DNA of 64,000 nt from a virus (Duplodnaviria > Caudoviricetes), in IMG/VR virus record IMGVR_UViG_3300014205_000220, positions 4,867 to 68,866 of that record. One strand, given 5' to 3'. The notes below the pieces were generated by a model, which worked only from the letters and a program-made list of their open reading frames with translations, did not search any database and was not told the DNA's origin. Of this stretch, positions 29,595 through 40,432 are shown piece by piece. Position 1 is the first letter of the stretch, and the number at the start of each line of letters is the position of its first letter. The translations under genes and the position numbers were made by a program.

Positions 29595-29893
29595 TCGTAT
29601 TGGGCAGTTTCATCAGCTTGTCTCAACAACTTTGAAAACACATCAACAAACTTTTCGTTCTGTGATAGTTCGTACTCACGCATTGTATCAAGTATCATGT
29701 GTACTTTTTCGTGATAGAAAGTGTCGTTAATTACATCTTCTGTAACGTGGTCGCCCTTATAAGAAGTTGCAATACTTATTTCAGAACCGCACAAATTTGA
29801 TTCTCCAAGTATGCTCTGTGCTTGTAATGACGGTGTGTCGAAAACAACATTTATAGTGTTTGCGAACAGTTTGAAGTTCTTTGGTATTTTCAT
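29591..29893 (-). CDS. Zincin-like HExxH metallopeptidase-fold protein
   Basis: DTFYHEKVHMILD. Confidence 0.65.
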   Translation of the reverse strand: MKIPKNFKLFANTINVVFDTPSLQAQSILGESNLCGSEISIATSYKGDHVTEDVINDTFYHEKVHMILDTMREYELSQNEKFVDVFSKLLRQADETAQYE

Positions 29894-30768
29894 AATGACT
29901 GAATAAATTTATAGAGTTCGTAGTTCCATCGAGCGTCTGCCAATGCGTTGTGTTCGTCTTTTTGTTTTGGGTAATTTTCAGACTTTTTTAAGTCAAATGT
30001 AGGAACTACGCCAAACCCTTTTCTTCTGTTTTTAGCTCTCGATAAATCAATGAAATACTTTTGTTTCTCATCAAGAATTTGTTTTAAATCTATTGTGAAC
30101 ATAGGAAATGATTTAGGCAAGTCACTCATCTTGCCAAATATCCAACTCAATAAAACGTGGTCGTATGCGGAATAGTAACCGTACAATTCTATTTTAGGCT
30201 CTTTTGCTTCTTTGAGTGCTGAATAATAATCAGAAGAAAAACCTAACCAATTATCAAACCCTTTACCGTCGGAATCTAAAGCAAACTGCAATATTTCAAA
30301 CTGAATTTGAGTTTTTGATTTTCCGTATCTTTGGATTAATTTTTCAGTATTCTTATAGTTGAACGCGTAAGACTCAAAGCCACTATAAATCCCTATACGT
30401 TTCGCCATATTTGATTCTTCTGCCATTTTCACAGAAAGTTCTTCAAATATGGGTTTTATCACATTGTTTCTAATCAAATAATCTTTAATCGAATAAGAGC
30501 CTTCATCTGTATCATCTGGATAAACTTTTTTTAAATCATGTCTATTCCACGCTTCTTTTAAGTTAAAATCTTTTGATACAGCGTAGTACTCTCTTGATGA
30601 ACTATATTTTGAATCACCACTACCGTCTTTGTATTTAAGAGGTTTAATCTCTGTAACAATGCCAATGCTTATCAAATCAATCGTAGGTTTGGTTTCTCCG
30701 TATTTAATACCGAGAAACCTTTTATCTTGTTTTCCTTCAAGAAATTCGCAGTCGTAAAATAGTTTCAT
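29890..30768 (-). CDS. DEDDh 3'-5' exonuclease (Rv2179c-like)
   Basis: LFYDCEF, ISIG, AYDHV, HNALADARWN. Confidence 0.85.
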   Translation of the reverse strand: MKLFYDCEFLEGKQDKRFLGIKYGETKPTIDLISIGIVTEIKPLKYKDGSGDSKYSSSREYYAVSKDFNLKEAWNRHDLKKVYPDDTDEGSYSIKDYLIRNNVIKPIFEELSVKMAEESNMAKRIGIYSGFESYAFNYKNTEKLIQRYGKSKTQIQFEILQFALDSDGKGFDNWLGFSSDYYSALKEAKEPKIELYGYYSAYDHVLLSWIFGKMSDLPKSFPMFTIDLKQILDEKQKYFIDLSRAKNRRKGFGVVPTFDLKKSENYPKQKDEHNALADARWNYELYKFIQSL

Positions 30769-30968
30769 ATTTTAAAATGTTCAATAATAGACTGTGCCGT
30801 TGACTTCGCATTATATACACAATCCAAACGGTTGATATAGCCCTCTGAACTCGATGCAATGATATTGCCGTTGTGTTTACTCTTAATTTGCCACCTCCAT
30901 TCTTTCTTTAAAGACCGTAGGGATAGCTTGCGTGTAAATGTTACCTGATGTGTTTTGATTGCTTCCAT
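30765..30968 (-). CDS. YegP/DUF1508-like protein
   Basis: EWRWQIKSKHNGNIIASSSEGY. Confidence 0.75.
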   Translation of the reverse strand: MEAIKTHQVTFTRKLSLRSLKKEWRWQIKSKHNGNIIASSSEGYINRLDCVYNAKSTAQSIIEHFKI

Positions 30969-31019
30969 TTTTTTATAGTTTATCTATTGTTGACTTGCTC
31001 ATTGGTTTCTATTTTTTAA

Positions 31020-31532
31020 TTAAACTTCCTCAAACCTTAAATCATCCATCATCAAACGCTTCTGCATTTCCTCTCCAAAGATTACCATTGCAAACTCCCT
31101 GTTGTTTATCATTGCTCCGTTCACAAAACTATCCTTGCATTCTTCACAAGGACACGTTATCTTTGATTGTCTTACCTTTTTTCCAATCCTATCCAGAAAC
31201 CATAGTTTACGGTCTTCAAATGATTCGATAGTCCAATCGAGCAAATCCCTGTAATACGTAGCCTTATGGTATTCTTCGTTCTTCTCGCATACAGATAGCT
31301 TGTGCTTTACTTTTTTGATGTAATCGGTCATATCTGTATTTGATTCCTGTACGAGCATCTGTGATATTCTTTCAAAGCCTATGTCGTTGTTAAAAAAGTC
31401 TTCCATTTCTTCTTCGTCAAATTCATCGTACTGAATGTTCTCGTAGTAACGGTGTATAAAGTATGCGCTTACAAAAGCACCGATTATAAGACCTAAAAGT
31501 AAGAATGTTGTGGATGCGAAAAATATAGTCAT
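31020..31532 (-). CDS. Membrane-anchored hypothetical protein
   Basis: N-terminal hydrophobic helix. Confidence 0.6.
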   Translation of the reverse strand: MTIFFASTTFLLLGLIIGAFVSAYFIHRYYENIQYDEFDEEEMEDFFNNDIGFERISQMLVQESNTDMTDYIKKVKHKLSVCEKNEEYHKATYYRDLLDWTIESFEDRKLWFLDRIGKKVRQSKITCPCEECKDSFVNGAMINNREFAMVIFGEEMQKRLMMDDLRFEEV

Positions 31533-31536
31533 AGTG

Positions 31537-31923
31537 TTATTGTTTATTTATTGTTTCTAAAACTTTATCGCATTTGCTTTTCCATTTTTGATTTCCAAAA
31601 CAAGATATGCCAACGACATCAGTTTCTGCATTTATAAAGTTAAGTTCTATCCAATCATCGTCCAAATGAAACAAGAATGATTTGTCTTTTAAACTAACAG
31701 ATTTATTTTCGTAGTTACAAAATATAATATTTTCTCTTGATATTCCTATTTTATCACTTATAGCAAATAAATCGTCATTCCATCCTTTGTCCGAGTTCTC
31801 TGGCGATAATCTACTTGTGCATATCCAAACATCGAATCCTTTCTTAATTAAACTTTGAGCATATCCTTGAACATCGTTTCTGCTTAATGTGCTATCAAAA
31901 TCAAAACTAACCTTATTCTTCAT
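31537..31923 (-). CDS. HAD-superfamily phosphatase-like protein
   Basis: SFDFDSTL (motif I), ICTSR (II), K (III), HLDDD (IV). Confidence 0.8.
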   Translation of the reverse strand: MKNKVSFDFDSTLSRNDVQGYAQSLIKKGFDVWICTSRLSPENSDKGWNDDLFAISDKIGISRENIIFCNYENKSVSLKDKSFLFHLDDDWIELNFINAETDVVGISCFGNQKWKSKCDKVLETINKQ

Positions 31924-31924
31924 T

Positions 31925-34367
31925 TCATTTATTGTTTACATCAAAGGGTATTCTTCTCCAAACTTCCATTCGGTCTGTGTATAAATCATCTTCATTTTCG
32001 TAGCACTTTCCGCAGTCTCCCTCTTTCATAACGTGGACAAGGACTGATTTGATTATTCCGCTTGAATAACGTCTGTACTTTTTGGGGAATATGTTTTCTT
32101 GGTTGAATGTTAGTGGTTTCTTATTCACTTGGTCAATTCTTTATATGCTTCTCGGTAATAATCCCTTATTCTTACAAGTTCTTCCCTATCCCATTTATGG
32201 TCAATCAACTTGTCTTTCTGTGCCAATAATTCAAGCTCTATAAAATCTTCTTCACCAATCCGTTTCGGAATCCTTACTCTATATTCGCTTTCGTTTCCGT
32301 CCTTTCTGATATTACACCCAACGCATTGACCGTGTATATTGGTTTCTAAAAACTTTAATGTGCTAAAAGTTTCAGCTTTATAAAAATGTCCTGCTTGGTG
32401 GTTTGGATTATATGGTTCATCACAACTTATGCAAGGCTTTCCTTTATCTCTTAATCTAATGTATTTATGGCAAGCAATGACTGTATTTTTTAATAGCCAA
32501 GATAATGATGTATTCTCTTTTGTTTCTTTTTCAAAAGATTCAAATTCCCTTCTTTTCTTTGTAGCTTTTAAAGTAGCTTTATCCAAAACTTTTTTACCTT
32601 CATCGGTAGTTAATAGCCATTTGGCATAACATTTTTGGCATAACCCACGATTACGAAACAATGCGTTTTTACCGCAACCATCAAAATCTTTTGCGATACC
32701 AGTGGATTTGCAAGGTTTTTCTTTAGTCTTAATCATTGAACCATTCTTTATATTGTTCAACAAATTGAGTTCCAACCATAAGAGGATATGTAGAAAGAAC
32801 CATATAAAGTAATTGAGTTGGTATAGGTTTTTCCAACTCTTTGCTACGTTTATTAAGGTGCGCTATATTGTATGCAATAGTTTCCTTTTTCTTTTTTAAA
32901 AACTCTTCATGTTGTTCGGTTGCTTTGTTCCACCAATCCTCGAAGTCTTTTTCGTTTAACGCGCCATCGTGAACAGCAATAGAGTTGATATGTTTCATTA
33001 TACCACCTTCATTGTGGTTTAAATCGTCTTGGTCGTACCAATTTTTAGTCTTCATCCTCTTTTATTGGTTTAATAGATTCAACTTTTTTTATTAAGGAAT
33101 TATTTAAAGTCAATCCTTTAGTCACAATTTCTTCCCATCCTTTAGCAGAAGTCAAAACAGACTGTAAAGACTTTAATTCAAATAATATCTCTTGTTTTTC
33201 AAACTCTGTCATCCTCTTACAGCTTTAATATCGTGTCTGCCACAAAGTATATCTTCTGAATTGTGTCCTGTCCAATAAGCTATGTACTTTGGTACAAACT
33301 TTCCGTTCTTGAATAAATTATATCCCATTAGCTCGGAATGGAAATCAAAAAATGTTTCGTTGTTCATTTAGTTGTGGGGTTTTTAAAATAATAACATTTC
33401 AATTTCTTTTCGTTCAACAGGACTTAATAAATTATAATCGTTCTCTGGGTCAATTATCTCGCCATTTATAACCTTAACGTCCTTTATCTTTCCGTTGTTC
33501 TCCAATCGGTACATATTGCTGAATACTTTGTAAATATACACTATTCTTCTGCATCTTTTTTACCTTTAGCGTATCCAATATTCTCTTTATGAATTAAACT
33601 ATAAAAATATAAAATACAGATTACATAAATAGCCAATAACCAATACCTGTTATCATAAGCGTAAATACCTTTTAATAATTCATTTCTAAATAATAAATTC
33701 CAAAGAATTTTAACACCAAAAACAATTACAGTGGTGAATATAAAAACAACTGTAACTAAAGTGAATGAATATAGCAATGCAACTCGTTTTTTCATGTTAC
33801 TCTTTCGCTTTTTTGCTTCCGACTTTGAATCCCGTATTATAACCGCCCTTATACGTATTCTTACCTATCTCTGCAATAGGACAGGTTGGTGTAGGTGGAA
33901 CAACTGCATATTGACCCTTAACGTCTTTATAGCCTTCGGAAAATCCTTCGGTAAATCCATCGCAAAAGTCACTGTAAGATCTCGATTCAAAAGCATTAAG
34001 ACTGATGAACATTGCAATCGTAAGCAATAGTAGTGTAAATCGTTTCATATCGTTTGTTTTAATTGGTTTCTTCAATTTTTATAGCATCAAATATTCTAAC
34101 CAAATCAGCTACATCCTTATCAAATGATTGTTCTTCTTTAATTGCGTAAGTATTACAAAAAATAAAAGTACTATGTCCTCCGTATTTGCTTACCAATGAA
34201 TAACTACAAAATGAATCGTCTTTAGAAACACCAATATAATGTTTCATTTTAAATTTTTCATCTTCCAATTTTTTTATTTGTGATGAAATTGATTCAATAT
34301 CAAAAGGACTATTTACTTTTATTGGAATTTTGGTAGATTCTTTTATTTCTTCGTAAGTGAAATCCAT
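31925..34367 (-). CDS. Other small ORFs (31925-32128, 32729-33055, 33541-33795 membrane, 33797-34048 signal peptide, 34059-34367)
   Basis: ORF track. Confidence 0.55.
32125..32775 (-). CDS. ninG: NinG/Rap-like endonuclease
   Basis: YIRLRDKGKPCISC...AGHF...NIHGQCVGCN. Confidence 0.9.
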   Translation of the reverse strand: MELNLLNNIKNGSMIKTKEKPCKSTGIAKDFDGCGKNALFRNRGLCQKCYAKWLLTTDEGKKVLDKATLKATKKRREFESFEKETKENTSLSWLLKNTVIACHKYIRLRDKGKPCISCDEPYNPNHQAGHFYKAETFSTLKFLETNIHGQCVGCNIRKDGNESEYRVRIPKRIGEEDFIELELLAQKDKLIDHKWDREELVRIRDYYREAYKELTK

Positions 34368-34399
34368 ATCGTAAGTTTTTAATGGGTTATTGTTTCGAT

Positions 34400-34774
34400 T
34401 TAAAATGGTAAAGTATCATCAGAATCATCATCAGAATCCAATCCATCATTAGACTGTGGTTTCGATGCGCTTTTTTGAGGTTGTGATGTGGCGTCGATTT
34501 TTTCTACTCGCCATCCTTGAATTGAATTAAAGTACTTTGTTTCGCCCTGCGGATTTACCCACGCTCTACCATTTAGGTTGTAAGATATTTTAAGAATATC
34601 TCCAATATTGAATTTATCCATTAAATCGGTTTTGTCTTGTATGAACTCAACCATAATAGTCTGTGGATATTGACTATCTTCTGTGGTTATTACGACTTCT
34701 CTCTTTCTGAAATTGTTTGCACCGAATGATTGTGTTTCTCCTTTTACTGTCAGTTTGCCTGTTACTTCGCTCAT
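34400..34774 (-). CDS. DUF3127-family OB-fold ssDNA-binding protein
   Basis: FRKREVVITTEDSQYPQTIMVEFIQDK...NLNGRAW...YFNSIQGWRVE, acidic tail ending LPF. Confidence 0.9.
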   Translation of the reverse strand: MSEVTGKLTVKGETQSFGANNFRKREVVITTEDSQYPQTIMVEFIQDKTDLMDKFNIGDILKISYNLNGRAWVNPQGETKYFNSIQGWRVEKIDATSQPQKSASKPQSNDGLDSDDDSDDTLPF

Positions 34775-34783
34775 TTTTATTTA

Positions 34784-35149
34784 TTATTTAATTGTTGTTT
34801 GTTTTCCTTTTTCCAATACAGTTAGCCTATCATAGACCTTTGGTTTCTCTATATAAGCATCCTTACTGACTATCATTGCTATACGGTTTGTTTCCATAAT
34901 GACAACGAATATAACGCCCTCTGAATTAATTACTACATCGTTCTGTTTTAATCTTACATTGCCTACATAACGCACTTTGAACAAGTACTGGTATTTGTCT
35001 GCAAGTGTCAGTTTAAACAGCTTTGCTATCTTATGCTGAAACTTTGAGTACATTGTCTGCACTTGTTTCTCGTGCAAGTTTGATTCAGCAATCGATACGT
35101 GCTGTCTGATAATCTTTTTCGGTAAATCGATTTTGTTACTTTTTGCCAT
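34784..35149 (-). CDS. Hypothetical protein
   Basis: ORF track. Confidence 0.6.
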   Translation of the reverse strand: MAKSNKIDLPKKIIRQHVSIAESNLHEKQVQTMYSKFQHKIAKLFKLTLADKYQYLFKVRYVGNVRLKQNDVVINSEGVIFVVIMETNRIAMIVSKDAYIEKPKVYDRLTVLEKGKQTTIK

Positions 35150-35321
35150 TGATATAGTTTAATGTTTGTTTAAGTGGGTTTGCTTCATTGTCAAGTCCGT
35201 CTTGTACGAACTTCTCTATAAGGGATGAACGATTATATTTTGATTTTGAAACATAATTGTCCAACCTATCCAATGTGGTTAGTTTCAATGTTACTCCGAT
35301 GTTTAAAGTTTTTCGTGCCAT
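35136..35321 (-). CDS. Ribbon-helix-helix regulator
   Basis: NIGVTL...LDRLDNYV...NRSSLIEKFVQDGL. Confidence 0.75.
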   Translation of the reverse strand: MARKTLNIGVTLKLTTLDRLDNYVSKSKYNRSSLIEKFVQDGLDNEANPLKQTLNYINGKK

Positions 35322-35329
35322 AATTAGTT

Positions 35330-35380
35330 CAAATGTAATATAATATATTATTAAAACAAATAAAATAATGTATATATTTG
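35330..35380. promoter_or_regulatory. Divergent Bacteroidota promoters
   Basis: TACATTTG (minus, 35330-35337) and TATATTTG (plus, 35373-35380) match TAnnTTTG. Confidence 0.6.
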
Positions 35381-35397
35381 AAAAAACTTTCCTAAAA

Positions 35398-36095
35398 ATG
35401 TCAAAAGGTATTGTACGCTATGGGTTTCTTATAAAGGGTAACGAAGTTTACGACACCAAGATTCTCTCTTACAAACTCACAAAAGAAGTACTTGGCTCTA
35501 ACATAGTTTACCAAATGAACCCTACAAACTACAAAAGGTTGCATATATTTGAATCATTGCTATACCGATATGACATTGATAAAGTGTTTGAATTACTGCG
35601 TTTCAACAAGCATCTTGAAGAATGTAGGAAAAAGGAAAGTGTCTTTAGAGAGGAAAAACTGCAACACGCATCGAATATGGCTGTCATCTACAACTATCCA
35701 CCGACATATCTTACCGGAAAGAAATTCAGTCTTTACAAGATTGCACAGGAACTCAAAAAACGACTTGAATGAAAAAAATAGCACTAATAGCGGAAAGCAT
35801 ATCTTTTACCAACTTCGCCATAATATACAATGTAAGGCTTTCAGAGGGTGTTTTAGAGAATATCAATCCAATTATACTATGTTGTGATGATATATGCAGA
35901 AAAGACCTTATAATAAAGCCTACTGCGCTATCTAAAGAGAGTATGAGGGTTGTATTTACACCGAGCAACGTAACGCCACAATTTTACCAAGATTTATTGA
36001 ACAAAAGTCTAAAGAACCACCAAGAGTACAAGACCGAACTCAAATATATCTATAACGTTGGCGATATTGTAGGATATGTACTTCTTATGGAATAA
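35398..36095 (+). CDS. Two plus-strand hypothetical ORFs (35398-35772, 35769-36095)
   Basis: Coupled ATGA junction; the start at 35398 lies downstream of the promoter. Confidence 0.6.
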
Positions 36096-37164
36096 CATTG
36101 ACAAAAACAGTATCGGAAGATGAAAGACCGAATGAATCTGTTACTGTTACCTTAAATACATAATTGCCTGCAACCAATCCTGTGAATACTGCTGTAGGTT
36201 TAGTCGCATCGGCAATAACCGCATTACCGCCCACAACTTTCTCCCATAAATGAACAAGCAATCCACCTTCATCTTCTGTGTAAGAAGAAAGGTTTACGGT
36301 ATCTATAGGCAGTTGGATGATTTGATCTGAACTAGCGTAGATTATAGGTGCTACATTAGTGTTTTTATATGATAGTGTTACTTTATCTATATTTGTATTT
36401 GAAACAGTCTTTGTTGCATCAGTGGTTTCTACGATTATCACGATTTCATCGAATTGCGAATCTGTAAAGATGTTTTCTGGAATAGGAAGTGTTATTTTCA
36501 TATAGCCAACAGTAAGATTCGAGAATCCATAACTGCCCTCAAATATAGATAGCCAACCAACAACGGAAGATGCTTTATAAAATTCAACTTTCATCTGCAT
36601 ATCAGGACTGAACTGTCCTCTACTGAACATAAACTCTAAATTCTTTATGTTTAAAACAGGACGCATAATATCCGAAGTAAAGGTTATTCTGTTAAGCTGC
36701 TCTTTTCTCGTTTCTTTGATGCTTATCGATTTTATTCCAGAATAAGGATTTACAAGTGAATCCAATGACATATTATTTCCACCACTTGATTCTGTAACAG
36801 TCCATTCCGTAGGAAGTCCTAAAAACTCGTCGTATAGGTCAAAAACAATATCTTCGTTACCACCGTTGCAACAATTGTTCTGTATGTAGGTTACTGCGGT
36901 AATAAGTTCGCATAGCTTTTTTTCGTGCATCAATAAAACCTCGACCAATTGCAATGGAAGTATGTACGTTTCTCCTGTTTCACAATCGGTAGCCGTAGTA
37001 CTTGGATATGTAAGACAACTTTTGCCAAGCGCATTGAGATTGAACAACTGATTCATTATAGAACCCACTTCCGCATTCAGAATGTTTCCGTTAGGTGTTT
37101 TGATAGCAAATCTATCTTTTGGGTCTAAAGGGAATTTTATAGGTTTATCGAATAAGGATGCCAT
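36085..37164 (-). CDS. Structural protein with a carbohydrate-binding-like jelly-roll and a C-terminal PKD domain
   Basis: LVAGNYVFKVTVTDSFGLSSSDTVFVNV is PKD-like. Confidence 0.6.
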   Translation of the reverse strand: MASLFDKPIKFPLDPKDRFAIKTPNGNILNAEVGSIMNQLFNLNALGKSCLTYPSTTATDCETGETYILPLQLVEVLLMHEKKLCELITAVTYIQNNCCNGGNEDIVFDLYDEFLGLPTEWTVTESSGGNNMSLDSLVNPYSGIKSISIKETRKEQLNRITFTSDIMRPVLNIKNLEFMFSRGQFSPDMQMKVEFYKASSVVGWLSIFEGSYGFSNLTVGYMKITLPIPENIFTDSQFDEIVIIVETTDATKTVSNTNIDKVTLSYKNTNVAPIIYASSDQIIQLPIDTVNLSSYTEDEGGLLVHLWEKVVGGNAVIADATKPTAVFTGLVAGNYVFKVTVTDSFGLSSSDTVFVNVIP

Positions 37165-37190
37165 AACGTTACTTTTTTTTCAAAAATAGA

Positions 37191-37727
37191 TTAAAATATC
37201 TTGTACCTCAACTTTAATAAGTAATTGAACTGGTAATCTGAACCGCTTTCAAGTCCTATCGGTTGTAGTTGTGCCTTTAGACCAAAATCAAAGTTCTTCA
37301 TTTCGTACATAAGCTCTGAATTTGGTATGATGTTTCCGAACTCAAACCTCGGTACTTCAACACCACCGTAAAGATGTATGCCTTTCCATCTGAACTTCTC
37401 TTTTTTAAACTGTTCATCGGATATTTCGTCTATACGTGTATTTGAATCGTCTATTATCTTTTTTGACTTCGCAATCTCTATAAGAGTATTCTTAAAATCC
37501 TCTTTTAGAAACTCAATCCTATCCATAAGTTCGTCAATCTGCAAATCACGTACTTTAAGAACGCTATCCATTACTTTCTCATTGGAAACACATTTTGACA
37601 AGTCTATGATACGTTCTACCGTAAAAATACTGTCAATTCGTTTCTGTTGGCTTGGCGTTATATCGGTACGTTGACAGAATGTCCAAAGAGGTGTCAAGGT
37701 TACGATTAATAAAATAAGGTTTTTCAT
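37191..37727 (-). CDS. Secreted coiled-coil protein, spanin-like partner
   Basis: Signal peptide; overlaps the upstream TM protein; follows the holin-like and endolysin genes. Confidence 0.45.
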   Translation of the reverse strand: MKNLILLIVTLTPLWTFCQRTDITPSQQKRIDSIFTVERIIDLSKCVSNEKVMDSVLKVRDLQIDELMDRIEFLKEDFKNTLIEIAKSKKIIDDSNTRIDEISDEQFKKEKFRWKGIHLYGGVEVPRFEFGNIIPNSELMYEMKNFDFGLKAQLQPIGLESGSDYQFNYLLKLRYKIF

Positions 37728-37971
37728 AAGGAATGTATTTTATTTTCAAAGGCAAATTTGCTATACTGTCGATACGTTTATTTGATTTTTCTATAACTTG
37801 GTCTATACGTAGCGAAGCCGAATCCCTTACACGTATAAGTTCTACTTTTTCTTTTGTCTTATACTCCAAGAATTCGGATTGTATCTTGTTGGTTTTCCAA
37901 TCAAAGTAAAAATAAAGCCCTATCAAAAGAATCAATAGGGCTATTATAATATAGGGTTGTGCTTTTTGCAT
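37633..37971 (-). CDS. Inner-membrane spanin-like protein
   Basis: Single N-terminal TM followed by coiled coil, within the lysis cassette. Confidence 0.5.
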   Translation of the reverse strand: MQKAQPYIIIALLILLIGLYFYFDWKTNKIQSEFLEYKTKEKVELIRVRDSASLRIDQVIEKSNKRIDSIANLPLKIKYIPYEKPYFINRNLDTSLDILSTYRYNAKPTETN

Positions 37972-38378
37972 TATTGTCTTGCTTTCAATCTCTGTGAATC
38001 GAAATAAGCCTTTATGATAGCTGTAAGACCTGCTCCGAGCAACAATAGGTTATCTGTGTTCAAATCCAATGTACCTCCCAATCCTTCTTCCACAAGGAAT
38101 TGATATTGTGGCACAAAATATTGGATTGCAATAAGAACGATTGCGCCTACTACTGAAAACAATAACGGTTTTAGGTTGCCTTCCCAAAATTGACCCCAAC
38201 TCCATTGACCTGCCAAGAAGTGTTTTACGGCAAAAGCCAAAAGCGTTGTGCCAATGGACGCTAAAAATCCAAGTACAAATTTAAAGAACGGTAATTGTTC
38301 GGGTTCTACTTCCTGTGAAGTAAAGGCGAATGCGCCAATGCTGACGAACAGAAATGCGATAAATAAGATTTTTTTCAT
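37971..38378 (-). CDS. Multi-pass membrane protein (holin candidate)
   Basis: Three to four hydrophobic segments, adjacent to the endolysin. Confidence 0.5.
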   Translation of the reverse strand: MKKILFIAFLFVSIGAFAFTSQEVEPEQLPFFKFVLGFLASIGTTLLAFAVKHFLAGQWSWGQFWEGNLKPLLFSVVGAIVLIAIQYFVPQYQFLVEEGLGGTLDLNTDNLLLLGAGLTAIIKAYFDSQRLKARQ

Positions 38379-38421
38379 AATAAATGTTTTATTGTTAGAT
38401 GATTATAGGTTTCAAATATAA

Positions 38422-39012
38422 TCAAAATTCGTCAACCAAAAGATATGTGTATGTTTTTTGTTTGCTTTTCTTGAACATAGGAATCCAATAGCCAAAATAT
38501 TTCTGTCTGTCATTGGCTACTTGACAGCCTACCGACCATCCACCGATTATCCAAGTCTTAACAGAACTCCAAGTATCGTATGTGTTGCAATGGAAGTTAA
38601 ACCCTTTCCAATGCTCCCAACTCCAATCCGTGTTGCAATCATTATTTGATATTTTTCTTATAATCTTAAACCCACCGACTTGTGTAAGTGCATCCATTTT
38701 TAGCTTGTGAAGTCCAAGTTTCCATACATCATAGTACCATTCGTTTGATTTAATCTCTCCAATACCTTTGGGATTCCATTTTAAATAGTTTTTAAAGCCA
38801 TAACTACCTGAATCTGTAGTAGCTGTTATGACATCTATAAATGTTTCGTCCTTGAATAGATATATTTTATCGTCATATACATCTTCTTCTTTTTCGTTAG
38901 AACGTATTCCCATTAGCCAATAATCTTTTGGAAAGCCATTGAAGCTATCCATTGATTTTGCCTTGTTCAAAAGTTCTTTATCAGAATAACCTCTAACGTT
39001 TGTCTTTGCCAT
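38422..39012 (-). CDS. Endolysin with a YkuD/L,D-transpeptidase-like catalytic motif
   Basis: GFNFHCN...GGWSVGCQV (His/Cys pair), lysis context. Confidence 0.7.
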   Translation of the reverse strand: MAKTNVRGYSDKELLNKAKSMDSFNGFPKDYWLMGIRSNEKEEDVYDDKIYLFKDETFIDVITATTDSGSYGFKNYLKWNPKGIGEIKSNEWYYDVWKLGLHKLKMDALTQVGGFKIIRKISNNDCNTDWSWEHWKGFNFHCNTYDTWSSVKTWIIGGWSVGCQVANDRQKYFGYWIPMFKKSKQKTYTYLLVDEF

Positions 39013-39984
39013 CTGTATTAATTTGTGACTGTGATAATTTTATGTCGTGTATAGTAGATAGTAAATCGTTCTGCAATAAAATTGTTTTACCGTGTCTTAT
39101 TTTCTCTTTATATATCAACCGTTCAAGCTCGTACGGCATTTTGTTTTCCACAACAATCTTTTTATCTTTTGCGCTTACGGTATCATTATTGGCTACTTTT
39201 GAAAAAAACAATAATGGTATAAAAAAATAGAATAATATTTTACTCGAATGTCTTCTCATTTTTTTTGTCTTTAATATCTTTTTTTAATTGGTTTAGTTCA
39301 AATTCAATCCTCAAAGTCCGTTCGTATGTTTCCTTGTTGCTCTCGCTCTTTTCTGTCACAAATAATATCCAACTTTTATATATTGCGGAAATCTGACCAT
39401 TGAGCATTTCCTCTTTGGCTATTTTCTCCTTTCTCAAATCATAGTAAGCAAACATCAAAAATGCAACAAGTATGATAAGGAACGTATTAAATCTCTTTGG
39501 GGTTGTCATCTTCTGAAACTCCAGAAAGATTTCCTTTGCTATTGCTAAACTCATCCCCAAATCAAGAATCCTTCTTGTTAATCTTTACTATAGTTTTCTC
39601 CAAAGTGACATTATTCATCAATTTATGTAAAATATATTGAAAAAACAAACCCAACAAGATTCCATAAGCCATTTTATCGCCCAATTGAGGCACATCGAAC
39701 TTGGTGCTTAAAAAATTCATTGCATCGGGAAAGAACCTGAATACACTGAACGCAGCCATAAAAGCCAATCCAAAATCGATGATGTTATCGTCAATCCATT
39801 CTGCCCTATTGAATTTCATACGTTCGGGATAATGCTCTAAATTGTACTTTTTCTTTCTCGAATTATAGCTCAAAAGTTTTACAAAATACATTCCTATAAA
39901 TGTAAAGAATACAAATCCAAGCGTCTGTAATACGCCCTCTGTTCCAAAAAATACTTCTATAAATTCTTTCATAATTGTTTTCAA
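38993..39984 (-). CDS. Three membrane-associated lysis-region ORFs (38993-39259, 39240-39560, 39562-39984)
   Basis: Hydrophobic segments; holin/antiholin candidates. Confidence 0.55.
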
Positions 39985-40412
39985 TTTAATTCTAATTCGT
40001 GAAATTTATTGTCTTCTTCAATCATTTGATTTAACCTTTCAATCTCACGGCTTTTTAAAACAGAACTAGCACGTAAATTGAAAACAAAAGAACCTACAAA
40101 TCCCGACCCAGTACCATATCCTATATCGTTCCATGACCACTTTCCGCCTTTGTTTACATCAGTCCATTCTTTGAAACATCCAAAAGCAAACATATTTACA
40201 GTACCACCAAGAACGCCTAACCAAAAGCTATCTGTTTTTTCTCTCCAAAATAAAGAACTAGTGCCACCAACAACAAAACCGCCCAACATGTGAGCCTGTG
40301 TATCCATTGGTATATTTTTATGTTTAACAAACAACCATCCTTTGTCATCTGGTTGTTGAGCGTAACTGTTAAATGTGAATAGTAAGAGTAATGTGATTAG
40401 TAATGTTTTCAT
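39981..40412 (-). CDS. YfiM/DUF2279-like membrane protein with signal peptide
   Basis: D.QAHMLGG...KEWTD...WSWNDIGY; probable start at 40412. Confidence 0.6.
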   Translation of the reverse strand: MKTLLITLLLLFTFNSYAQQPDDKGWLFVKHKNIPMDTQAHMLGGFVVGGTSSLFWREKTDSFWLGVLGGTVNMFAFGCFKEWTDVNKGGKWSWNDIGYGTGSGFVGSFVFNLRASSVLKSREIERLNQMIEEDNKFHELELN

Positions 40413-40432
40413 TTTTATATTGTTTTTATTTA

